The notes under the pieces: model-generated
What the model was told of the DNA's origin: nothing
The model's database searches: none
The model's input: only the letters and a program-made list of their open reading frames with translations
Shown here: one piece after another, positions 10,857-25,213 of the stretch
Position numbering within the stretch: position 1 is the stretch's first letter
Layout of the letters: each line of letters starts with the position of its first letter
Source: Octopus sinensis
Taxonomy: Eukaryota
Length of the DNA: 64,000 bases
Direction of reading: 5' to 3'
Assembly (NCBI RefSeq): GCF_006345805.1
Contig: NC_042998.1
Coordinates: forward strand, 11,098,001 to 11,162,000
Program-made: the position numbers and the translations under genes

Positions 10857-13082
10857 TTAGTAACTACAATCTATAATTTTCTTCTGTTTTTTTCTAGTAG
10901 CCTACATACATGTATTTGAATGGTACACTATATAGAAATTAAAGTTTAAAACATGACAGAAATTCTAGAGATTCTAGATATCTCTACAAAACGAAAGATA
11001 GAAATTCCTATGTTACATTATCACTATCTCTTAATTTAGGAACGTAATAGAAGTCATATAATATTCAAACTATGTTATGACAATCGATGTTTCCAACAGA
11101 AATCTGGAAATTGAAAAACCATGGGACTTCAATCTGGCCAGCCCCAAGTAAAAACTAAGCTAAGAGCATTAGATTCCTTAGAAGAAAGCAGTGAATGTAT
11201 ACGAAAAAACACGGAGAAATGTTACACAAATACAAATGCAAATAACAGGACATAACAACAGGTGCTTTCGACTAAGGACGAATTATATTAAGCTGGCGTA
11301 TGTGGAAGTAAAGCTTTACGACAGGGACATAGGATTTGGAAGGCACAGGGAGGAATATAGATGTTGCAAGGATGGTAGTCGAACTAAGAAAGAAAGGTCA
11401 GGCTTGGCCGAACACCGGTCACATGGGGAGAGAAGAGAGAAGTAGAGGCAGAGGGATAGAAGAATTAAGGAGGGGCGAGACAAAAATGAAACGGACACAG
11501 TGAAGTGAAAGAGTGAGGAATATGAGAGAGGGAGAGCGAAAGAACGAAGAGTGGAATGAACGAAGTAAGTGTGAAAGGGCTGATAGAAAGAAGTAAATAA
11601 TGAAAGAATAGAAAGAATAATAGAGTCGTACAAATTTTAGATAAATATATACTTATGTATAAGAGACCAAAGTGTACGTACACCGCTATATTTTTATAAA
11701 TAAAAAATGCAAAAATGGGACAAGAACGCAAAACATCCAGACAGTTAAGTGATACAAAAATGGGACAACGAAGCATCGAGACAGACGATACAAAGAAAAC
11801 AAGGACGGGTCATTCGGAGTTTTCTTACCTCAGTCGAGTTCCAGATTATCATTGCAATTTCGGCTGTTTATATTCGAGATTGCTCCAATCTGGCTAGCAC
11901 TCTCGTGTATAACCAGCCGAAATTGCAAAGATAATCTGGAATTCGACTACAGAAAGAAAACTCCGAAAGTCCAGGATGAACCAATATCAAGGAACCTATA
12001 TGAAGGCAGGATACCCAAAAGAGTGCAGCAGTATCGAAATCCCTCCTTCACCCAAAGCCAATCACATACAATTGGCCATTGAAAAGGTGATTACACTGGC
12101 GGTGTCCCAGCATGGGTGCAGCCTAAGGGCTGGAACGTATAAAAGAATAAGAGAATTTCTATACAAACACACACGTACAAACATATATACATACACACAT
12201 ACATATACATTCATAGACACACACATATATATACATATATGTGTGCAATGCGCATACACGCATAGCTTAATGCATGTATATATGGTCATACATTGACACG
12301 GATATTGATATATGCATATATGTTTATAAATGTGTGTGTCATCATAGAAACTTGTTTACATAGGTGTATTTTATTGTCATTGTGAGCCGTCTTCTCCATT
12401 TTCCTTTTGTTTGAAATATCAACTGCTGTTTTGTCACTTCCACTGATTCAGTCCTAAATCATCTAAAATATCTCTTTTGGATTTAGCCACAGTAATGCCC
12501 TCGTAGTTAACAACTATTCAAGTGATTCTTTTGATTTCGATTCTGCTTTCTTTTAATTCAAATAGCCTCACGCAAAAAAAATTCTCATCAGCCTGTTACG
12601 TAATTTGTTTATTATATGTTACTTTTATGTTGCAATTTTTATTTTGCGTTTCGGAAAACTGCTTCACACTAAGCTCTGAACAATGTTAGTTTTAAATAAC
12701 ATTCAATACTTAACAGAAGTAACTAAAATCTCAGAACCTGGTTTTCAATTTACAGTTTTTCTTTGTCAAACATTTAAAGACACTTGGCAGTTTTCTAAAA
12801 AAAAAAAAGAAAACGCTTCCTTATATTTTACGAGGAAAATCTTTCAATTTATTAAGAACTTGATTTTCTCATTTTGTTATTTCAGTGAATTTCCATAATT
12901 CTAAAATTAGACTATTAGCTATGACCCCACCCCACCTAAGATACTTTGTATCAAATTTTATTTGCTTTGTATAAATTTCCTCTGGGAATACGTTTTAATT
13001 AGAAACATTACATGTGTTGTCAAATTTCACGTCATGTTTCATGTCAATATCAGTTGCAAGCATTTAGCTATATATGTGTGTA

Positions 13083-13107
13083 TGTGTGCTTATAGCTAGC
13101 TAGATAA

Positions 13108-13179
<72 letters not shown>

Positions 13180-13416
13180 ATATATTTCTTTACTACCCAC
13201 ATGGGGCTAAACATAGAGGGGACAAACAAGGACAGACAAAGGGATTGAGTCGATTAAATCGACCCCAGTGCGAAACTGGTACTTTATTTATCGACCCCGA
13301 GAGGATGAAAGGCAAAGTCGACCTCGGCGGAATTTGAACTCAGAACGTAACGACAGACGAAATACGGTTACGCATTTCGCCCGCCGCGCTAACGTTTCTG
13401 CCAGCTCGCCGCCTTT

Positions 13417-13470
<54 letters not shown>
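13083..13470 (-). mobile_element. tRNA-derived SINE (GGTCGACTTTGCCTTTCATCCT core family) inserted in a (GATA)n tract
   Basis: SINE body about 13181-13414 with head ggcggcgagctggcag...gagttcaaattcc. (GATA)n on both sides. Confidence 0.88.
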
Positions 13471-13500
<30 letters not shown>

Positions 13501-13617
13501 GTAGATAAGGTTAAAATCCAAGCTGTGTCCTTTTCCATCACATCTACGTATTTCACTATTCAAAATTCCTATGTAGATGTTATAAATTATACCAAAAAGT
13601 TTCCAAGTTCCTCTGTA

Positions 13618-13662
<45 letters not shown>

Positions 13663-13984
13663 CCGCGTGTGTGAGTATAATGTTCTGTCTCGTGATGATA
13701 AAAATCAACAAAATAGTACTCCATTTGGTGAGAGATAAATATCATTTGATAGACACAATGCATATTTTTATGTGCTACTCATAGTTTCATACGTTAAGAA
13801 ATGCTTCAAACATATTCATCAGGCACAAACCACATATTATAACAAACTAAAAATTGAATGATAGGAGAAACGCAAGAAGTTGAGAAGAGATCATATAAAA
13901 AATGTGGAAGGTTAAAAAATAGAAAACCAACAAGTAAAAAGTTAAAAAGGTAAAAGAGTTATTTTCCCTCGGCCTTAAATTATT

Positions 13985-14900
13985 ACATATCTGTCGCACC
14001 TTCGCTCCAGGGAATAAAGTCGCAGTTTTTTCAGCCTCTGCCTGTAGCTCTTCCGCTGCACTGATGCATTAGACTACTTCAAATTACGCTGTTAGTTTGG
14101 TACTATGCGTAGGCCGTAGTTGAGATCAGTAGTCCAGGCAGCTGAGAACAAAGGTCCTCCATAGGGATCAACATAACCTCTTGGTCTCTTGTCTTGAAGG
14201 ACCTTAGTATCCATCCTGCCAGTGGTCTGCGTTTTGCTGCCATCTTCGTAATGTGCATATAAAATGACGCATCATTGCACATACTAATCCCCAAATCTTT
14301 CAGTGTCTGTGTGTCTGGGATTGTAGTAACTTCGAGTCCTGTATATGTAGGCTGCGGTGCCTTCATGTGTTGATAGCGCAGTACTTGAAAATTTCCGCTA
14401 AATGTTGTTTATTTCAGCCCAATTGTATATTGCAATGCGGTCCCCTTATAAGTTTTCGACGTCATCTGTATATTTTATTGCTTGTGATAATTTTGCATCA
14501 TCGGCATAGCCAGTAACAGTGGATGTCCGAGTGATCATGGGCAGGTCTAAGAGGGCGAAATGCGTAGCCGTATTTCGTCTGCCGTTACGTTCTGAGTTCA
14601 AATTCTGCCGAGGTCGACTTTGCTTTCCATCCGTTAGGGGTCGATTAATTAAGTACCAGTTACGCACTGGGGTCGATGTAATCGACTTAATCCCTTTGTC
14701 TGTCCTTGTTTGTTCTGTCTGTGTTTAGCCCCTTGTGGGTAGTAAAGAAATATATATACAGTAATGGCCTCAGGACAGTTCCCTGGGTGATACCACTTAT
14801 AATTTTAGTTTCTTCCGAAATTACACCATTGGATGAAACTGTCTGACCTCTGTCTTTAAAGATGTCATACAGCAACTCTTCCAGTTTACCGGCAATGCTA
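13985..14900 (-). pseudogene. Decayed CR1-like LINE reverse transcriptase, interrupted by a SINE
   Basis: SGITQGTVLRPLLY | SINE | LDLPMITRTSTVTGYADDAKL, and further on KDLGISM...HI...AGWILRSFKTR. Confidence 0.8.
14553..14753 (+). mobile_element. 5'-truncated SINE (same family as 13181-13414)
   Basis: Body matches the reverse complement of 13181-13380. Sits between the QG and YADD motifs of the LINE RT. Confidence 0.88.
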
Positions 14901-14910
14901 AGATGTATAT

Positions 14911-15337
14911 ACTCTTTACTCTTTTACTCTTTTACTTGTTTCAGTCATTTGACTGCGGCCATGCTGGAGCACTGCCTTTAGTCGAGCAAATCGACCCCGG
15001 GACTTATTCTTTGTAAGCCCAGTACTTATTCTATCAGTCTCTTTTGCCGAACCGCTAAGTGACGGGGACGTAAACACACCAGCATCGGTTGTCAAGCAAT
15101 GCTAGGGGGCAAACACACACACATACACACACACACACACACCATATATATATATATATATTATACATACATATATACGACAGGCTTCTTTCAGTTTCCG
15201 TCTACCAAATCCACTCACAAGGCATTGGTCGGCCCGGGGCCATAGCAGAAGACACTTGCCCAAGATGCTACGCAGTAGGACTGAACCCGGAACCATGTGC
15301 TGGTTAGCAAGCTACTTACCACACAGCCATTCCTACG
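14911..15337 (-). mobile_element. tRNA-derived SINE, major family
   Basis: Full-length homolog of 3473-3883. Confidence 0.92.
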
Positions 15338-15391
<54 letters not shown>

Positions 15392-15458
15392 ATGGCTGTG
15401 TGGTAAGTGGAACCATGTGGGTGGTTAGCAAGCTACTTACCACACAGCCATTCCTACG

Positions 15459-15549
<91 letters not shown>

Positions 15550-15577
15550 TATATATATATATATATATATATATTAT

Positions 15578-15820
15578 ACGTAGGAATGGCTTGTGGTAAG
15601 TAGCTCTAACCAGCCAATGGTTCCGGTCAGTCCTACTGCGTAGCATCTTGGGCAAGGTCTCTGCTATGGCCCCGGGCCGACCAATGCCTTGAGTGGATTT
15701 GTTAGACGGAAACTGAAGAAGCCTGTCGTATATATGTATGTATATATATATTATATATATATGTGTGTGTGGGTGTGTGGGTATGTGTGTTTTGCCCCCT
15801 AGCATTGCTTGACACCGATG

Positions 15821-15823
<3 letters not shown>
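15578..15823 (+). repeat. Deletion-rich inverted copy of 15080-15340 (fold-back at (TA)n)
   Basis: Shares copy-specific variants (cccggggccatagcag, gatgctacgcagtagga, attcctacgt) but has many 1-2 nt deletions. Confidence 0.85.
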
Positions 15824-15860
<37 letters not shown>

Positions 15861-16479
15861 TCTATACATACACATATATAATAGATTCACTTACGTTGAA
15901 AGTCAAAAGAATTTTGCTTTAGAAGCGCTGAGATGTATTGAAATATAGAGATAAAGAAATAATTTTATTCTCAAACGCAGGATAATGCTAATAATATAGC
16001 GTGAACAGGATAAACTATCCATATTTTGCAGAAATATATATATAAGCTGACTGCTTATTGTGATCATTCGTCTTTTGGTTTCCTCTAACTTAGATCTTTC
16101 ACAAACCCAGTGAACATTCATATATTTCCGATTTCAATGAAATTTGAACACTAGATATGACACAGGTTAAAAAGGCTTCCCAACAATTCAACTCCTCTGG
16201 TTGACTTTAAGACCCACCCCACTAATAGGGGCCTTAACACCCACATTTTAGAGTTCAATGTGCTCTAGTTTTCAGGAGCAGAAGCCCTTAAGTGGGTTTT
16301 ATAAGATTTGGATTTTGGAATCTGGGCATAACGATGACTAGTATCGGATGAGTAAATGTGATGATTAGCATTTTTGTTAGGGTGTGTAAAGAGGGAAAGA
16401 GCCCCCGTTAAAATTCTTAATTTCCAATTTTGATGAAATTCGAATCATGGTTATTCCAGTTCATTAGAGGAAATATAAA

Positions 16480-17119
16480 CGTCTAATTCTTCAATTCCAT
16501 GCAACACGGGCAACGCCGGCTATCTCTGCTAACCTCCAGTCCCCTCGATCTGTCTCTTTCTTCTCCTCCCTCGTCCACCTTCTCTCTCTTTTCATCTGTC
16601 CCTTTCTCCTGTCTTTTGTTCTCACGTGACCGCTAGCCACTGTTGAGCGCTCTTTTCGTTCCAGCAGTCGCCGAAGCAACACGTATTTGTTCGTCTCCCT
16701 GCGGCCATTAGGAACAACTTCATAAGCCAGCCCTAAACTCAACTCGTCCTGTCGAAAGACCCTTGTCCTACGTCCTGGTTTTGTTTTGTTTTTTATTTTT
16801 ACCGTTATTGTTTTTACGTTTTTGTATTCTTATTGGTGTCACGTATTCTGTATTTTTGTTCGTGTACTTCGTTCGTTTTCCGTCCTCGTGTTGTATACAT
16901 TCGAAGCTTTCTTCCAGGGGATCTAATGCGCTTGGCTTAGATTTCCCTTGGCGGGCTGCCCAAATCGGAGCAATCTCAAGATTAATCAGCCGAAATTGCT
17001 AAGATGATCTGGTTCTTGACTGATGACTGAGGGCTTCGAATGTCCCGTCCTGTGGTTCTTGGGTCGTCTCTGTGGTGTTTCATGTTCTTGTCCATGTCTG
17101 TAATTATTTTTACTGTTTA

Positions 17120-17120
<1 letters not shown>
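16480..17120 (+). mobile_element. Non-coding PLE-terminal-like repeat ending at (TA)n
   Basis: CT-rich, then T-rich, then a structured block with CTGATGA (17020-17026), then (TA)n. Layout as at 559-1170. Confidence 0.3.
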
Positions 17121-17172
<52 letters not shown>

Positions 17173-17588
17173 CCACACGCTAGGAGGGACTTTTAAAGTC
17201 ATAACTACCAAAAGTAAACAAATCGTACCGAATGCAATTCTAGAAGCGAGACATTTAAAAACAGAATTTAGTTCCAGATCACCTGTGATTTCGCAATTAA
17301 CGTATTATCTACGTCTCTTGCTCTTCAGTGAAACGAATTCAAAATATATCATGAATGAACAAAACCAACATACCAGGCGGAACCAGACAGGCAACCGTCG
17401 CGTCCATCGTAGCATATGAAAATGTTCACCCCTCATATATTTATGTAAATGCCCTCTATATAATATAAATAGATATTTTCAAGTGAAAAAATTTACAGAT
17501 TTTTCTCTTATGAGGTTTTTCTCGCTAACTACCTGATAATTTCTTATTAAGATTTTATCCTATTTTTAAATATATATATATATTATAT

Positions 17589-17639
<51 letters not shown>

Positions 17640-17646
17640 TGTATGA

Positions 17647-17782
17647 AGCTTACTTCCCAACCACATGGTTCCAGATTCGGTCCCAAAGCCTGGCACCGTG
17701 GGCAAGTATCGTCTGCTATAGCCGCGAGCCGACCAAAGTCTTTTGAGTGGATTTGGTAGACAGAAGCTGGAGGAAGCTCGTC

Positions 17783-17785
<3 letters not shown>
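17647..17785 (+). mobile_element. Diverged 5' half of major-family SINE, truncated at its internal (TA)n
   Basis: ccacatggttcc...gggcaag...gagtggatttggtagac...gtcgtatata. Confidence 0.75.
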
Positions 17786-17851
<66 letters not shown>

Positions 17852-17949
17852 GACAGAGAGACAGAGAGACAGAGAGACAGAGAGAGAGAAGATGAAGAGT
17901 AGCGTATGAACAACAAACAATGAAAAAATCTATTATGAACAAGTCTTTT

Positions 17950-18108
17950 CTCTTCTACTCTAGGCACAAGGCCCGACATTTTGGGGTAAGAGGCCAGCCG
18001 TTTAGATAGACCCCAGTACGCAACTGGTACTTAATTTATCGACCCTGAAAGGATGAAGGGCATAGTCGACCTGGGCGGAATTTGAACTCAGAACGTAAAG
18101 ACAGACGA
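17950..18108 (-). mobile_element. SINE fragment (GGTCGACT core family)
   Basis: gaccccagtacgcaactggtacttaatttatcgacc...gtcgacc...gaatttgaactcagaacgt matches 13250-13350. Confidence 0.8.
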
Positions 18109-18425
18109 ACAAAAACGTATTTTACCTTATATATATATATTATCTTTTATTAAACTTTTAATACTTTTGATATTTAGAAAAATAAGTAAATAAATAAATA
18201 AATTAATTAATTAATAAAATAATATATAAATATAAAAATATACATACATATATATAAATATAAATAAAATTTATAAGTTTAAATTATTTAAATAATTTTT
18301 TATTTTTAACTTTTATATTTTAAAATTAATATTATGTATTGGCTTATGTTTTTCACTGTTTGATTTGCCTAATAGTGGTTTTATCTCTAATTTAATATAA
18401 TACATATATATATATATATAATATA

Positions 18426-18465
<40 letters not shown>

Positions 18466-19189
18466 TATTTTAATATTTTAGTGCAGTCCTTCAACTGAAT
18501 CGCTGACTCAGCAAACTCATTTTCAAATCACTTGGAAATTTAACTATGGAATTCTACCTATTATAAGAATGAATATTACGAAGGAAAATGTTCACATCGC
18601 ACTCAAGGCAAACGAAATTTTCTGGTCGTCAGTTACTGACTGCGATATCACATTATAAAATAGGAAATAATTTTTTGCGCGTTTCTATATGGCATCTACT
18701 TCACCACAATTTATGTGTTTGCATTCGTCACAGAAGTGCAGTTGACCACAGCCATTAAAAGGCTATTGTACAGTTTCATTTTTCTTTTCCTAATATTGGT
18801 TTGTAACTCAAATAGATATTGATAATATCGCAGGAAAGAATGAGATACTTAGAATTTGCTACATAACAGATATCCATTAAAATATACCTATCTTAGAAAT
18901 TCATAACCACCTGGGTAAAAGATACAGTTACGTGTGTGCTAACATATTTAATGTAGTGCGACACTAGATGGAAATTGATGAAAATGTCATTACTGTTAAT
19001 GACAATTCTCACCAAGAGGAACAAGTAAGGAAACAATGGCATTGAAATTTAATTAAAAAGGAAATGGTTGTATAAAGAGGGGAATGAGCCAAACATTTGC
19101 TTTCTACTGTGATAACTCCGGACACGTTTCTTTAAAATGAGACCTTCTCGGTGAAGTATAATTTAACATATTATTACATGAGTTTTGAA

Positions 19190-19460
19190 TGATTTTCAGA
19201 CCAAATAGCTTTTCTGTGAAAATTGTTTAATTTTCTTTCTACAAATCGAAGGAGAGGGGCTTTCTCCGTCCGGGTTGCGGTTCCGTGGAATAAGCTGCCG
19301 GACGAGATAGTGAAGATGCTGACGACCGCTCGGTTCAAAGTCTCCCTTGACCACAAATGGCCTGAACGCTTTGCATGAACACCATGTCCCCCTACATGGC
19401 CTTGCTTTTTGCTTTTTGAGCCAAAAAATTAACTTAACTTAACTTAACTTTTAACTTAAT
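19190..19460 (+). mobile_element. CR1-like LINE 3' end with (AACTT)n tail
   Basis: RRRGAFSVRVAVPWNKLPDEIVKMLTTARFKVSLDHKW* is the typical CR1 ORF2 C-terminus, followed by a short 3' UTR and taacttaacttaactt. Confidence 0.8.
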
Positions 19461-20002
19461 GCAGTTATTTAAGCATTTGTAACTTCAGCTATACTGTAGG
19501 GCTCTTGTAGTTGTCCTTTTTATGAGAAGTCGTTTAACTCTAATAATTTCCTGTGGTGTGTTTTTACTAGTTAAGCATCTTAAAGCAAGGACATTAGAAA
19601 ATTTCTCAAGAGGTCTTGAGTGTGAAAGAAACATATATTTAAGTAGAGGATAACATTATTGGTTTGAAATACGTAACCCAAAGTTTAGTCCTTTCTACAT
19701 TTCATTGCGATGTCCAAGATGTTGATAACCTTATGAGCCAATGAGCAATCCTCTATGTGTCCGGCATATCTGAAAGAAATAGCGGCCAAATTGCCCTCAA
19801 ATTATTCCGACCTTATAAATATCGAGTATATTATAAAATGTAACCCTACATAATGCCAAAAAGGTGGGCTGCACACAGTTAATATACGTTTGGTAAAAAT
19901 TCAGCTGATATATTTGTTCTGGGTTAGACAAGAACAGGTAGTACTACTACAGTTACTACTTCTACTACTTTGAAATATTCTAAATTTGTATTGACCAAAC
20001 GT

Positions 20003-20237
20003 GTCAGCATCATGATCGTAAGATCGTGGTTTCGATTCTTGGACCGGGCGACACGTTGTGTTCTTGAGCAAAACATTTAATTTCACGTTGCACCAGTCCA
20101 CTCAGCTGGCAAAAATGAGTATCGCTGCGATGGACTGGCATCCCGTCCAGCTGGGGAATACATATGCCATATAGAAACCGGGAAACCGGGCCCATGAGCC
20201 TGGCTAGGTTTTAAAAGGGCGCATTTATTTTATTTTT
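20003..20237 (+). mobile_element. 5'-truncated tRNA-derived SINE with 14-bp TSD
   Basis: TSD tattgaccaaacgt at 19989-20002 and 20238-20251; B-box-like ggtttcgattc. Confidence 0.88.
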
Positions 20238-21122
20238 TATTGACCAAACGTATTTACTGGCTATGTAACATTTTCCCATGTTAGAAGTTCCCACATACAG
20301 GTGCTCAAATATTAATTTACTGCTTTATAAATATACTTTCTCCTCATTAATAGCTAACAATGAAACTACATTCTATACAATATTATGAAAAGAAACGAAA
20401 AAACTCTCAGCTTGTGAAAACTATTGTGTTATAAGAATAGCAATAGCAGAAATTGCAAACAAAATGAAATGAAACAAGATAAAATAGCTTAAAATCGTAT
20501 CATCAATATTAAAAAATTGCCAAGAAAATATTATTATCATCCGATGTAAGATAAAAGGAATTCAGAAACACTTGAACATAAAGAATAAATCCCAAGTATT
20601 TTCACCTATTTAAGCATAATTTCTAATGTTTATGTCATATCAAAAGCAATTATATCGCAGGTGTTAAGACTGTGATGAGAATGCTTAGAATGACTTTTAT
20701 TTCCCTTTTATATCCGATGGCTTTTTGTTTACAGCACTGGTCGTCACTAATTGTACACATGTCAGAAGTATCTTGCAAATTATTTGGTATCAGCTGGTCT
20801 TAGCTTATATGAAGATGCACTTGAAGTCTAACAAACCAACGGAAACAAAATATTTTCTTTACAGGGGCAGCATCAGATTTTCAATGACTTTATATTTGTG
20901 CAAGCAAGACCTCTCATCTGCCACAGTATTCATATTTTAGAATTAATTCAGCTACATATGTCTAACAGGATATTATAAACAAAAATATGAATTTCTGTTG
21001 CATTAAAAAGTGTATTTGGACAAAAATAATTATTATATATATATGTCCGTGCGTACGTATGTAAACACACGCATATATATATACATACACACATAGATAT
21101 AATATATATGTGTATATATATA

Positions 21123-21214
<92 letters not shown>

Positions 21215-21810
21215 TATATCTATATATATATAATATCTATGTATATATTATATCTCTCTATATATTTTATCTATCTATATATATAATATCTATATATATA
21301 TATTATATCTATGTCTCAGTTGGCGGGTATGTAATTAATGAGAGAGAGAGAAGAGAGAAGATACGAGGATGTTTATTGATCACTACAATTCTTTCAACCC
21401 ATCCTAAAGTTTATTTTAACGAAATGCTTCTTGAAATCACATAAGAGGTACATCAAAACCATATGTGCTGTATCTTAGTCACGAAGGTTGATTCTAGGTG
21501 GGTCGCAAAGTTTGTAGCGACTAATAAAGATTCTCGTATCTTCCATACACCGAACAGCAGACTAATATGTGTGTTAAGACAAACTATTAAGAAAATTGCT
21601 TTATATTGTGTTAGGTTTTGAAAAAGGTGGAGACGGAGGCATTTGAGAATTTACATGACATCTTGAAACTCTGCTTTCGTCGAATATTTTCGTGCCGTAG
21701 AATATGAGTGACATGAAGAAGTGAACAGGGCGCAGGAAATTTTGGACAACATGAGATTTGCTGAATATAGATGAAATGGATCGCTGGTGGGTTGCATGTA
21801 CTGTTGTACA

Positions 21811-22160
21811 TCTCTTTCTCTTTCTCTTTTACTTGTTTCAGTCATTTGACTGCGGCCATGCTGGAGCACCGCCTTTAGTCGAGCAACTCGACCCTGGGAC
21901 TTATTCTTTGTAAGCCCAGTACTTATTCTATCGGTCTGTTTTTGCCGAACCGCTAAGTGACGGGGACGTAAACACACCAGCATCGGTTATATATATATAC
22001 GACAGGCTTCTTTCAGTTTCTGTCTACCAAATCCACTCACAAGGCATTGGTCTGCCCGGGGCTATAGTAGAAGACACTTGCCCAAGATGCCATGCAGTGG
22101 GACTGAACCCGGAACCATGTGGCTGGTAAGCAAGCTACTTATCACACAGCCAATCCTGCT
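21811..22160 (-). mobile_element. Major-family SINE with internal deletion at the microsatellite linker
   Basis: Homolog of 14911-15337; catcggtt is joined directly to (at)n-cgacagg. Confidence 0.9.
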
Positions 22161-22477
22161 TCTACGATCTTCTTACGTTATAGATTTTTACAGATTGCGA
22201 ATCCTAAGCGTTTTGTGTTAAGTATTGACTGAATATTGTTCGCTTATTCCATCTCCCTTCTCAATTTTTAGGATTTGTTTTTCGATTTCCATACATACAA
22301 AAAAAAAAACACAAACACTTTTTTTTACGTCGAGTACTTATATACGTCAATATTAGACATCTCTTTTTAGCTAATACGCGGCGATCGTTTGTAAGCTTTA
22401 AGTTTACAGTAATTATCATTTACAAAATTTTCACTCGTACCCACTTCTCGAAAGTATGCGCGCGTGCGTGTATATGC

Positions 22478-22511
<34 letters not shown>

Positions 22512-22516
<5 letters not shown>

Positions 22517-22670
22517 TAATCCAAACAAGAAAACAAAAAGACAACAACGCGAGGATGTGGAACAAATAAAGTATTATTGGACGCTCAGGAAAGTATGACG
22601 TTTCGAGCGGAGCTCTTAGTCGGAAACATACGAGAAAGAAAGATCCCGAGGCGGGAGGACAGAGGGAAAA
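22512..22670 (-). mobile_element. Family A PLE-terminal-like unit (third copy)
   Basis: Homologous to 6069-6251 with a shorter stem III loop; 3' end at (TA)n. Confidence 0.7.
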
Positions 22671-25213
22671 CAATTGCAGGTAGTCTTCACGAGGTCACAT
22701 ATATATATCGTTATACATAGACTAATATCCATTTGTATATGCATACGTATTATATGCATATTAGATGCTGAAACATCTCTTTCAATGTGAATCAACAACT
22801 ATGTGTCACAGAAATAAACTATTTTAGTGTACATAATGATCTTGATAGAAATGGAGCGAAATGTTCATTTTGTCTTGATTATACTCTCCTGGATGTAATG
22901 AATAAAGTGCGGAAGTTTAATGTATTTAGCATGATTCAGTTTTGTTGCAATAGGAGGAACAGGTTTTAGCATTTTAAAGAAAGACATCGTGTCCTATAAT
23001 CAATATCAAAGACCTATTAGGGGTGGACATGTCAAATTTAATGCAGTAGATTAAAATAAATAGTTAGAAATTATATGGCTATAAATGGCCATCAAGTCCC
23101 AGATGATTGAGTTTTTATGGAACTTACGTTTATTGTTCACTGTATTTGTGAAAATTTAAGATATAAAATGAAACTGAGAAGCTGTCATTTTTACTGTGCT
23201 ATCATTTTGAAATTTGGGATAAAAAGCGAAATTCTGTTGAAATATCAATCGTACATACCAGTAACTGATATTGTAGGCGGTCAAATATCTTATGATGATA
23301 ATTTACAAACTTTGACTGGGAACAACGCTCGACCTTCCTTGATAATTAACTTAGCGGCCAGTTTGACACCTATATTTAACTTTCGGCGAGAGCGAAGGTC
23401 AAAACAGGTCGATTTACTTAATGGACATGGCGCTAATATTCACTATTAGCACTTTTTAAGACGCAGAGAAGGAATCTCTGCCATATGTGTCTCATCTCAT
23501 TCAGATTCTAATATGTTTCAACCTTTTTGAGAAAATTACTATTGGTAAAATAGGGTCATCGCTTTAAAAGTTTTCTATCATACCTCTAAATACAACAAAG
23601 TAAAGCACTGGTTTGCTTGCTTTTTGTCACTAACAAGGACAGAAAATTACTCTGATGTGCTGGGAACTTCTACCCTGTTGTTCTTCGAAGTACACGCCGC
23701 ATCCAACACATTTTGAGTTTCTTCTATTCCAATGAAATACAGAATTCTACGACAACGATTTGATGACACAGACTGGTTGGAAATAGCTAGAGAGAATTTG
23801 GTACAACAGTATCATCTGAATTCCTTTCAAAGAGGATTCGAATGCTGGCCCAAATGCATCGCTTGTGATAAAGAGTATACTGAGTTACACTTTTGTATAG
23901 TGTAAGAGTTACTCCACAATCATGTGCAATTTGAACACCCAGTGTACGATATAAAAAAATAAGCTATGTCGTTTTTACTTTCTTTTCAATATAGCTGTCA
24001 TTTTGGAAAATTCTGCAGCCTAAATGAGGAGGAAGGCAATGATGCTACATTGATATAATTAGCAGAGACACACAACATGAAATTGAAGAACTACCGATGC
24101 TAAAAGCGAAGCTCATAAGGTATATAGATTCTTGTTGAAAAGCATCTCCGTTGCAGCAGCTTGGAGAAGATAATGACCAACAATATTAGTTAGTAACAGA
24201 ATCTATTAGAAAAACGTCCTTCCTATCAACAAGTTTGTTTTGCAAGTGACACGTTAAAGCTTACACTTTTTCCACTTCTTAATTCAATTAGATACATTAT
24301 AGATTTTGTGAATTATTAAAAGTAAAAAATAATAATAAAGCATTATGCACATTGTTCCAACGTCCCAACACACAGCCTAGTCATTTCTTATCAGCATGCT
24401 GGTTCTTCAAAAGTCTTTCTTTCCTCATATTTTCTCCCAAATATCGAAGTGAAAAAGTTTAAATATACATGGCTTCCATCACACTGACCTCTGAAACGAG
24501 CATGAGCACGAAACAGCCCCATCAGAACAAACTAAACAAATGTTACAAAACAAACTCTAATTAAAAATTGTTAAGCTATACATACGCCCGTATCGTTAAA
24601 TTGTTTTTGAATGACAGGAGAAACCGGAGACTAATTAATGAGCTGATATAGGGTGGGGTAACTAATACAACATTATAATTTATAAGCGAAAACCTAAAGA
24701 AAACAAATTGGGAACAATATAGATACATACAGAAATATGTACTTACATAAATCCACATACAGACACACACATGTTCACAATCACACACACACACACACAC
24801 ATGATATACATATGAGTATAATATGACTATACATTGAAATATATACGTACCTACTGCATTCATACATACACAGATATAGTGTAGGTAAGCTCATACATAT
24901 TTCCTTCATATCGTCTAGCAGATGTTGACCTTTTCTGTTTATTCTTTCAGCTTATAGACTTAATGTTGTTGCCCCAAATATGTCATAATATACATGAAGA
25001 TCTATTGAGCACTTTTAGAGAAGAACACGTCACTAAGACAAATTAGAATATAGCAGACAGAGAAGGAATGCGTCTGGAAAGTTAATTCCTCGTCCAGCAA
25101 TTTGAGGTAGATTTTCCACGAATGAAAGTTTCATCAAGTTAGATATAAAGGAATGTGGTTTTTAATACATCTTTCCATTCCTGCTAGTTTCATATTTAGT
25201 CCCTACGAAACTA

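Noticed and set aside
11852-12075. PLE thumb-domain remnant (SRNCKDNLEF...YMKAGYPK)
   Set aside because: Only a faint resemblance across two frames; not enough to call.
17010-17060. Hammerhead at CTGATGA 17020-17026
   Set aside because: GAAT instead of GAAA, and no stem I or stem III pairing.
23640-25110. Exon-like segments (MKYRILRQRFDDTDWLEIARENL; strong acceptor at 24950)
   Set aside because: Short, closed by nearby stops, with no recognisable homology or compatible partner exon.
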